Assembly (NCBI GenBank): GCA_040830765.1 | Contig: JBFOMH010000013.1 | Location: forward strand, 32,001 to 96,000 | Direction of reading: 5' to 3' | Origin: Puniceicoccaceae bacterium | GTDB taxonomy: Bacteria; Verrucomicrobiota; Verrucomicrobiia; Opitutales; Oceanipulchritudinaceae | DNA length: 64,000 nucleotides | Shown here: positions 1-7,048 of the stretch, one piece after another | How the letters are laid out: every line of letters starts with the position of its first letter | How positions within the stretch are numbered: position 1 is the first letter of the stretch | The notes under the pieces: model-generated | The model's database searches: none | What the model was told of the DNA's origin: nothing | What the model saw: only the letters and a program-made list of their open reading frames with translations | Position numbers and translations under genes: made by a program

Positions 1-910
1 CATTGACCTGCATCCTCAGCCAAGGCCCGTTGTCACTGGTGAAAAGAATCAGGGTCTTCTTATCAATGCCAGCCTCCCTGAGCGCGCGGACGATCTCCCC
101 GACGCCCCAGTCGATTTCCTCCACCGTGTCACCGTACCGGCCCCGCGGGCTCTTGTCCTCAAAATCCTTCGAGGCGAACAGCGGTACGTGCGGCATCGTA
201 TGGGGCAAATAGAGGAGGAATGGCTCATCCTTGTGCCGATGGATGAACTGGACCGCTTCCTCCGCGTATCGCCTTGTCAATGTGTGCTGCTCCACCGGGC
301 GCTCGATGATACTGCGGTTGCGGTAGAGTGGTATGTCGTACCACCCGGGATCCGCGTTGGGATTCATACTGGCCTCGTAACGGACACGGCCCTCCTCGAT
401 ATTCATGTCATTCGAGTAAAGAAGCCCATAGTAGTAATCAAAACCCTGGCTATTCGGCAGGTGTTCCTCCCCTACTCCAAGATGCCACTTACCGACACAT
501 CCAGTGGCATAACCTGCTCCCTTCAGGACCTCGGCAATAGTGACTTCCCCGGCCACCAGTCCACCTTCATGATGGGGGTAAAGGACACGGCGCTTGGCGT
601 CTCCACTCATGCCACTCCGGATGGGTAGCCGTCCAGTAAGCAACGCGGCCCGGCTTGGGGTACAGACGGATGAGGCAACATAGAAACTGGTCAGCTTCAT
701 TCCCTCGCTGGCCAACCGGTCCAAATGCGGCGTGCGAATCGTCGGGTGACCGAAACCCCCCAGATCCCCGTAGCCAAGGTCATCGGCGAATATGATAATG
801 AAATTTGGTTTGCCGACTTCGTTCCCGGACTCCTCGTCACCCGTTAAAAGAACTCCCGCCAGCAAATGAACAATTAAGGCCAGTGTAAGGCCTCTTTTCA
901 TTTTACTCAT
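1..910 (-). CDS. Sulfatase (arylsulfatase A-like), 3' end cut off by the window edge
   Basis: Not in the ORF track because it has no stop in the window. Hand translation from ATG 910: MSKMKRGLTLALIVHLLAGVLL...KPNFIIIFADDLGYGDLGGFGHPTIRTPHLDRLASEG...CTPSRAALLTGR, i.e. signal-like N-terminus, DD metal site and CxPxR motif. Confidence 0.92.
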   Translation of the reverse strand, partial: MSKMKRGLTLALIVHLLAGVLLTGDEESGNEVGKPNFIIIFADDLGYGDLGGFGHPTIRTPHLDRLASEGMKLTSFYVASSVCTPSRAALLTGRLPIRSGMSGDAKRRVLYPHHEGGLVAGEVTIAEVLKGAGYATGCVGKWHLGVGEEHLPNSQGFDYYYGLLYSNDMNIEEGRVRYEASMNPNADPGWYDIPLYRNRSIIERPVEQHTLTRRYAEEAVQFIHRHKDEPFLLYLPHTMPHVPLFASKDFEDKSPRGRYGDTVEEIDWGVGEIVRALREAGIDKKTLILFTSDNGPWLRMQVN

Positions 911-1075
911 GATGCTTAGCCCTCGTTTCTCTTCATCTACCTATACAAATGTTTAGAATCGTCAACATCTGTTTCGATAGTTAAGAGCCGGGCTAATGAA
1001 AGATTCATCTTCCGTATCCGCAATTTCCCTTTTCAGGAACCTTCGTGGAGGTACCGGATGAGAGAACAAACAAGT

Positions 1076-1148
1076 ACCGTTTGCGAAATGATGGGTTCGC
1101 TGACTTCCGGTCAGCAGGTCGTCAGTTCGAGTCTGACAAATGGTTCCA
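1076..1148 (+). ncRNA. tRNA-like cloverleaf (non-canonical or pseudo-tRNA), apparent anticodon TCC
   Basis: Acceptor ACCGTTT/AAATGGT plus T-CCA; anticodon stem GCTGA/TCAGC with loop CTTCCGG; variable AGGTC; T arm GTCAG-TTCGAGT-CTGAC; short aberrant D arm GAA-ATGATGGG-TTC. Confidence 0.6.
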
Positions 1149-1169
1149 CTTGAATTGGAATGCCCCGCT

Positions 1170-2399
1170 TTATTTCACTTTACCGCTTTTCACCTTAAGC
1201 TGCTCAGCACTCTTACCTCGTCCCTTCAAGAGATTGGAACGAGAAGGTGTTTCGAGAATAGCTGACTGCTGTGCCGGTACGTTACGGGCCAGGCGGAGAC
1301 CATATTCTCCGCTAACAGTATCTATGGCTGATTGCGGCATCGGAAACGCAATGACCGCCCTGGAGGCATCCCTCAAGTAACTTCCCCCGGGGATATACCT
1401 GAGCCCATCGGTAGGCCCATCAAAGACCCACTCCCTGACATTGCCCGACATATCGTAAAGCCCCAACTCATTCGGCAACAAACCTCCGGCCGGCCAGGCT
1501 CCATAGGGAAGTTCTGGGATTATAGGACACTCAGAACCAAGGGAGTTATTTATATACCGGGCAACCTCGTCTGCAACATTGCTGCCGCTGTAGGTATAAT
1601 CCAGGCTCAATTGCCCACCGTGAGCAGCGTAAATCCACTCATCCCGCGTAGGCAGGCGGTAACCGTCAGCACCAGCGTCTGTATAAATAAGGCTGGGAGC
1701 AAGGCTGCCGGATTGATAAACAAGGGTGTACGACGCATCGGTAAAGTACGCCGGACTCAAGCCTTCATACTCACTCCGGGCATTACACCACTTCACGGCG
1801 TCATACCAGTTGAGATTGTTAATCGGATGGGCGGGCTTTACACATCCCCCAGCATTCCAGTTCACGCCAGCATTGTTGGTGAAACTGTAGCCGTTGGACA
1901 GCGCCCAGACATACACCTCATCCCATAATTCCTGGGTAATCTCGAAACGACCGATCTGGAAGTCGCTGGTGGTGACATCGACACCGGCGACATTGACCGT
2001 TCCGCCCTGTACCGAAACAAACTCGTCGGAGGTGTCATCCTCCTTGATGCGGTAAAACTTCTTAGTCCCGGTGACATCGTAGGCACCGGCCAATTCCGTG
2101 GACCAACTGGACAAATCGGAGCTGCTCTCCAAACGGACATGGGCCGGGCTTCCAACCGGGCGATTGACCAGAATGACATTCGAAACAAACGTTGCTTCCC
2201 CATCAGGCGTAACAGCGGCCCGGTAATAGACCGGTGAACTGTCCGAAGCGACCATTCCGGGTGTTGCGGAGGTCCAGGTGGACCCGTCCGGACTTGACTG
2301 GACGTCAACATCCAGACTGGTGGCGAAGGCGACCGAAAAGAGACAAGACAACCCAATGAAGGTTCGAATCCAATTTGCAGCAGATGAAGGTGTTTGCAT
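1170..2399 (-). CDS. Secreted FGE-sulfatase (SUMF1-like) domain protein, probably non-catalytic
   Basis: Motifs FEITQ, HPINNLNWYDAVKWCN, YRLPTRDEW, PNELGLYDMSGNVREW; signal-like N-terminus; start taken at MQTPSS. Confidence 0.85.
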   Translation of the reverse strand: MQTPSSAANWIRTFIGLSCLFSVAFATSLDVDVQSSPDGSTWTSATPGMVASDSSPVYYRAAVTPDGEATFVSNVILVNRPVGSPAHVRLESSSDLSSWSTELAGAYDVTGTKKFYRIKEDDTSDEFVSVQGGTVNVAGVDVTTSDFQIGRFEITQELWDEVYVWALSNGYSFTNNAGVNWNAGGCVKPAHPINNLNWYDAVKWCNARSEYEGLSPAYFTDASYTLVYQSGSLAPSLIYTDAGADGYRLPTRDEWIYAAHGGQLSLDYTYSGSNVADEVARYINNSLGSECPIIPELPYGAWPAGGLLPNELGLYDMSGNVREWVFDGPTDGLRYIPGGSYLRDASRAVIAFPMPQSAIDTVSGEYGLRLARNVPAQQSAILETPSRSNLLKGRGKSAEQLKVKSGKVK

Positions 2400-2472
2400 T
2401 TCGCCCGTATAGCTAGTTACCCGGAAAAATTCCGACAAGACTAATCAATATTGGACAAAATTTTATTGTTAT

Positions 2473-2478
2473 TTGACA
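2473..2478 (+). promoter_or_regulatory. Putative -35 box of the tRNA-Pro promoter
   Basis: Perfect TTGACA after an AT-rich tract, about 45 bp upstream of the tRNA; no clear -10 box. Confidence 0.45.
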
Positions 2479-2520
2479 ATTGGCGGGAAATATCCGCAAT
2501 TCTCCAACCTTCGGGGTCAT

Positions 2521-2597
2521 CGGGGCGTAGCTCAGCCTGGTAGAGCGCTTGCTTTGGGAGCAAGAAGTCGTCGGTTCGAATCCGGCCGCCCCGACCA
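2521..2597 (+). tRNA. tRNA-Pro(TGG)
   Basis: CGGGGCGTAGCTCAGCCTGGTAGAGCG, anticodon arm CTTGC-TTTGGGA-GCAAG, GGTTCGAATCC, encoded CCA. Confidence 0.97.
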
Positions 2598-2659
2598 TGC
2601 TTCGTTCTTCGAACTTCGCATGGCGCAGCCATGCTGAAGTGAGATTAGAACGAAGCATG
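2596..2659. repeat. Long nested inverted repeat attached to the tRNA-Pro 3' end
   Basis: CATGCTTCGTTCT (2596-2608) / AGAACGAAGCATG (2647-2659), with inner ACTTCGCATGG / CCATGCTGAAGT. Confidence 0.85.
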
Positions 2660-2665
2660 CCCTGC

Positions 2666-2740
2666 GTAGCGCAGCGAAGCACGGGCAGTAGCGCAGCGAA
2701 GCACGGGCAGTAGCGCAGCGAAGCACGGGCAGTAGCGCAG
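2666..2740 (+). repeat. Tandem repeat, 22-bp unit, three full copies plus a partial
   Basis: GTAGCGCAGCGAAGCACGGGCA at 2666, 2688 and 2710; partial at 2732. Confidence 0.95.
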
Positions 2741-2798
2741 TAGCCCTGCGGGAGTAAGCTTGTCAAACCGTGAAATGGCGCCTTAACTAGCATCCAAG

Positions 2799-3926
2799 AT
2801 GGCGAAATCGAAGGGAACGATTGGCATTCTGACCGCAGGAGGGGATTGCCCTGGATTGAACGCTGTCATCCGGGGAGTCAGCAAGGCAGCCATGCATTAC
2901 GGATGGAAGGTCCTTGGCATCCAGGATGGCTTCCGCGGGCTGGTAGAAAACCGGATGATTCCCATCGAGAACATCAATGTCAGTGGCATCCTGACCCAGG
3001 GCGGGACATTCCTTGGCAGCAGCCGTGACAAGCCGCACAAGATGCTGATGGGCGACAAGATCATGGACATGACGGACGTCGCCGTGGCCAACTACAACCG
3101 GCAACGGATCGACTGCCTGGTCTGCCTCGGTGGCAACGGTACCCAGAAAAATGCCTACCGGCTCCAGAAGGCGGGAATGAACGTCATTACCCTGCCCAAG
3201 ACAATCGACAATGACGTTGCCGGAACGGACATCACCTTCGGATTTGATTCTGCTATGGCGATTGCTACCAACGCCATTGACCAGCTCCATACCACGGCCA
3301 CCAGCCACCACCGGATCATCCTGTGTGAGATCATGGGGCACGATGCCGGATGGCTCTGCCTCGGGGCTGGCATCGCCGGAGGGGCGGACGTCATCCTGAT
3401 CCCCGAGATTCCCTACAAGCTGGACGTAGTTGCGGATAGCATTCTCAACCGTCGCCGAACCGGAAAGCGGTTCTCCATCATTGCGGTCGCTGAAGGCGTC
3501 CATCCCCATGACCCGAACCAGAACGGGAAGCGCTCCAAGAAGCAAAAGTCCCCCAAGGAAGTCGAGCTGATGGAGCATGCCAAAAACAGTGGCGTTCACC
3601 TGGTGCAGGAACCGGTGGCCAGCCGCATTGCCCGCGAGCTGCAGGGCCTGACCGGCGTGGAGGCACGGGTCACGTCACTCGGTCACGTCCAGCGCGGCGG
3701 AACCCCGACGCCCTTTGACCGGCTGCTCTGCACGCGTCTGGGGACCAAGGTGGGCGAGCTTCTTGATCAGAATCACTTCAACGTGCTCGTCGCTTTCAAG
3801 GGGAATCGCTGCGTACCGGTTCCGCTCGAGGAAGTTGCCGGTAAAAAGCGGATTGTCCCGGTCAACCATCCTTGGATTGCGACCGCCCGACTGGTCGAAA
3901 CCTGCCTCGGGGATGTTGTTGTTTAA
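2799..3926 (+). CDS. pfkA: 6-phosphofructokinase (PfkA family)
   Basis: [51 protein letters not shown]. Confidence 0.95.
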   Translation: MAKSKGTIGILTAGGDCPGLNAVIRGVSKAAMHYGWKVLGIQDGFRGLVENRMIPIENINVSGILTQGGTFLGSSRDKPHKMLMGDKIMDMTDVAVANYNRQRIDCLVCLGGNGTQKNAYRLQKAGMNVITLPKTIDNDVAGTDITFGFDSAMAIATNAIDQLHTTATSHHRIILCEIMGHDAGWLCLGAGIAGGADVILIPEIPYKLDVVADSILNRRRTGKRFSIIAVAEGVHPHDPNQNGKRSKKQKSPKEVELMEHAKNSGVHLVQEPVASRIARELQGLTGVEARVTSLGHVQRGGTPTPFDRLLCTRLGTKVGELLDQNHFNVLVAFKGNRCVPVPLEEVAGKKRIVPVNHPWIATARLVETCLGDVVV

Positions 3927-3935
3927 GAAAGGACC

Positions 3936-4943
3936 TCAGGCCTTCAGCTTGATGACTTCCTCGGCGATCTGGACCGCGTTGAGTGCGGCCCCCTTGAGCA
4001 GCTGATCACCCACGACGAAAAAGGCCAGTCCGTTGTCGAGGGCGGAATCGATTCGCAGGCGCCCCACCCCGCACTTGTCCTTGCCGGAGTACTGCAACGG
4101 CGTCGGATAAACATTGTTCGCGGGATCATCGCACAATTCCGCTCCGTCAAAGGAACGCACTGCCTCGCGAGCGGCTTCCAGATCAACCGGTCGTTCAAAC
4201 TCCGCATGGACCGCTATCGCGTGTGCCCGCATTACCGGCACCCGGACGCAAGTGGTACTGGCTCCCAATTCTGGCAAAGACATGATCTTGCGGCTCTCGT
4301 TGAGCATCTTGTGCTCCTCCTTGGTGTAACCGTCGTCGAAGAAAACATCCACATGCGGAAAGAGGTTGAAGGCGATCGGGTGGGCGTAATTTTCCGGGGG
4401 GCACTCAGTGCCCTCGTACCATGCCCGGAGCTGCTTCTCCAGTTCCTGCATCCCGGCTACACCGCTCCCCGAAACCGCCTGGTAAGTGCAGGCGACGAAG
4501 CGCTTGACGCCAAATGCCTGATGTAAGGGATGCAATCCCATCAGGGTAATAGCTGTTGAGCAGTTCGGGTTGGCGATAATGCCCTTGTGACCAGCCACTG
4601 CCCTGGCATTGATTTCCGGAACTACCAGGGGAACCTCCGGATCCATGCGGAAAGCGGAGCTGTTGTCGACAACCACACATCCCCGCGCGGCCGCCTCCGG
4701 AGCAAGGGTCTTGGTAATGGTTGCCCCCGCGCTGAAGAGCGCGATGTCCATCCCGTCAAACGCTTCGGGCCGGGCTTCCTCAATGACAAAGGTCTTGTCT
4801 TCGAAGCGGATTTCCTTGCCTGCGGAACGCCCGGAGGCCAATAACTTGAGCGAGGAGAAAGGGATTCCCCGCTCATGCACCAATCGAATGAGCTCCTGGC
4901 CAACCGCTCCGGTTGCGCCGACTATGCCAATTGAAACTGCCAT
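3936..4943 (-). CDS. asd: Aspartate-semialdehyde dehydrogenase
   Basis: GIVGATGAVG, VDNSSAFRM, IIANPNCST, TCVRVPV, DQLLKGAALNAVQIAE. Confidence 0.97.
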   Translation of the reverse strand: MAVSIGIVGATGAVGQELIRLVHERGIPFSSLKLLASGRSAGKEIRFEDKTFVIEEARPEAFDGMDIALFSAGATITKTLAPEAAARGCVVVDNSSAFRMDPEVPLVVPEINARAVAGHKGIIANPNCSTAITLMGLHPLHQAFGVKRFVACTYQAVSGSGVAGMQELEKQLRAWYEGTECPPENYAHPIAFNLFPHVDVFFDDGYTKEEHKMLNESRKIMSLPELGASTTCVRVPVMRAHAIAVHAEFERPVDLEAAREAVRSFDGAELCDDPANNVYPTPLQYSGKDKCGVGRLRIDSALDNGLAFFVVGDQLLKGAALNAVQIAEEVIKLKA

Positions 4944-4949
4944 TTTCCA

Positions 4950-5504
4950 GTGACTGATTTGAATGCTTATTTCGCCTGCCTCGAAGGACATGGCCTGAAA
5001 CGAACGGACCATGTCCTCCTGGCCTCGCTTGGCGAGAAAATTCTACACCACTGGCAGGGCGACACCTGCATTTCCAGCTACCCGATTTCCTTCAGCAAGC
5101 GTCCCCTCTCCTGCCAGGAAGGCTCACTTGGAACACCCTGGGGATTGCATGTCATTGCGGCCAAGCATGGACAGGATTCCCCACCAGGAATGGTCTTCAA
5201 GGGACGGGTTGCCACTGGCGAGCGCTGGCAGGACATGGCACCGGACACAGAGGACCGCAGCCTGGTGACCACCCGTATCCTCCGGTTGAAAGGCCTTGAA
5301 CCGGGGCTCAATAAAGGTCCCGGAATGGATTCCTTCGATCGCTACATCTACATCCACGGGACCAATCACCCGGAGCGGTTCCCGGACAACATATCCGCCG
5401 GCTGCATCCTCATGCTCGATGAGCCGCTGATGGAGCTTTTCGAGAGGGTTCCCGAAGGCAGCCATGTCTTCATCAGCCCGCCAGAGACGGGCCCTCCTTC
5501 ATGA
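4950..5504 (+). CDS. L,D-transpeptidase (YkuD) family protein
   Basis: GTPWG, RILRLKG, YIYIHGT...SAGCI catalytic His/Cys motif; start uncertain. Confidence 0.85.
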   Translation: MTDLNAYFACLEGHGLKRTDHVLLASLGEKILHHWQGDTCISSYPISFSKRPLSCQEGSLGTPWGLHVIAAKHGQDSPPGMVFKGRVATGERWQDMAPDTEDRSLVTTRILRLKGLEPGLNKGPGMDSFDRYIYIHGTNHPERFPDNISAGCILMLDEPLMELFERVPEGSHVFISPPETGPPS

Positions 5505-5581
5505 CTCCCGGAGGGTCCGCGTCCCGCGGACCAATCCATTGATTGAATTGCCAACCACTTCGGAACAACTACCCTGATATC

Positions 5582-6934
5582 ATGCGCTTGAGCGTCCTCG
5601 ATCTCTATACCATCGGTATTGGCCCGTCCTCTTCGCATACGGTCGGGCCGATGCGGGCCGCTGCACAGTTCGCCGCAAAAGTTGCCGGACAGTCGCCTAA
5701 CCGCATCAAGGTTGAGCTATTCGGCTCCCTGGCCATGACCGGGCGCGGTCACGGGACCCATCTGGCTATTGTCGCCGGACTGTCAGGTGAACTGCCGGAA
5801 AGCGTCAATCCGCAAAGCCTCCCCGAAACATGGAAGGCCGCCGAAACCAGCCATACCGTTCCACTGGATGGCAAATCCCCTTTTCCCTTTAAACCCGAGA
5901 AGGACCTGATTTTCAACCGCCGCAAGGTGCTCCCCTTTCATCCCAACGGGATGCAGTTCACGGCCTTTGATGAAAACGAAAAGGTACTGGCCAGTGAAAC
6001 CCTCTACTCCGTCGGCGGCGGATTTGTCGTTCGGGAGACGGATCCGCAGGCGGAAACACGTCCTTGCGCCTATCCTTTTACGACCGGAGAAGAGTTGCTC
6101 GAGTGGACCCAAAAGTGCCCCTTGCCAGTTTCGGCAATCGTCCGGGAGAACGAGACTGCCTGGCGACCGGCCAGGGAGACCAGCAAACGCCTCGATGCCA
6201 TTTGGTCGGCCATGCAGGGCTGTGTCGATGCCGGGTTGCATGCCGAAGGTTCCCTGCCGGGCGGCTTGAAGGTTCCCCGCCGCGCCCCTGGTCTCTACCG
6301 CAAGCTTTGCGAACGCCCGGAATCCGCCCTGCGCGATTCCCTGACTATCCTCGACTGGGTCGATGTCTACGCGATCGCGGTTAACGAGGAGAATGCCTGT
6401 GGCGGGCGCGTGGTAACAGCCCCTACCAACGGGGCTGCGGGGATTATCCCGGCGGTCATGCACTACTGTGATCGCTTCCTTTCTTCTCCGACCAAAAACT
6501 GGCACCGTGACTTCCTCCTGACCGCGGGGGCCATTGGCCTCCTCTTCAAGGAAAATGCCTCCATCAGCGGAGCTGACGTTGGCTGCCAGGGGGAAGTTGG
6601 CGTGGCTTGTTCGATGGCCGCCGGAGCGCTCGCGGAATTCATGGGCGGCTCACCACTACAAGTGGAAAACGCCGCCGAGATCGGCATGGAACACAACCTC
6701 GGCCTGACCTGCGACCCGGTCGGTGGCCTGGTCCAGATTCCCTGCATCGAGCGCAACGCAATGGGCGCGGTCAAGGCCATCAATGCCGCCCGTATAGCTG
6801 TGCGCGGCGATGGACAGCACTCCGTCAGTCTCGATGCCGTCATCCGCACCATGCGGGAAACCGGCAAGGACATGCGCCGCAAATACAAGGAAACCTCCCG
6901 CGGCGGCCTCGCCGTGAATGTGGTTGAGTGTTGA
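5582..6934 (+). CDS. sdaA: L-serine dehydratase (Fe-S, single chain)
   Basis: [39 protein letters not shown]...[17 protein letters not shown]. Confidence 0.97.
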   Translation: MRLSVLDLYTIGIGPSSSHTVGPMRAAAQFAAKVAGQSPNRIKVELFGSLAMTGRGHGTHLAIVAGLSGELPESVNPQSLPETWKAAETSHTVPLDGKSPFPFKPEKDLIFNRRKVLPFHPNGMQFTAFDENEKVLASETLYSVGGGFVVRETDPQAETRPCAYPFTTGEELLEWTQKCPLPVSAIVRENETAWRPARETSKRLDAIWSAMQGCVDAGLHAEGSLPGGLKVPRRAPGLYRKLCERPESALRDSLTILDWVDVYAIAVNEENACGGRVVTAPTNGAAGIIPAVMHYCDRFLSSPTKNWHRDFLLTAGAIGLLFKENASISGADVGCQGEVGVACSMAAGALAEFMGGSPLQVENAAEIGMEHNLGLTCDPVGGLVQIPCIERNAMGAVKAINAARIAVRGDGQHSVSLDAVIRTMRETGKDMRRKYKETSRGGLAVNVVEC

Positions 6935-6939
6935 GCCAG

Positions 6940-7045
6940 CTACAGGCGGGACGCCTGTAGTCTGTTGACGTACAGACGAGAGGCCTGTCCTACGTTCCAT
7001 CGCTGAGCGCTAAAGCCCAAAGGACTACAGGCATCTTGCCTGTAG
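6940..7045. repeat. REP-like palindrome cluster (family B, 3 copies)
   Basis: CTACAGGCGGGACGCCTGTAGTC (6940), GTACAGACGAGAGGCCTGTCCTAC (6970), GGACTACAGGCATCTTGCCTGTAG (7022), between convergent genes. Confidence 0.85.
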
Positions 7046-7048
7046 ATC

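Noticed and set aside
1170..1400. Diversity-generating retroelement target (FGE/CLec fold)
   Set aside because: No template repeat or reverse transcriptase was seen in the window; a remote DGR cannot be excluded
2666..2740. CRISPR array
   Set aside because: The 22-bp units are head to tail with no spacers, and there are no cas genes in the window
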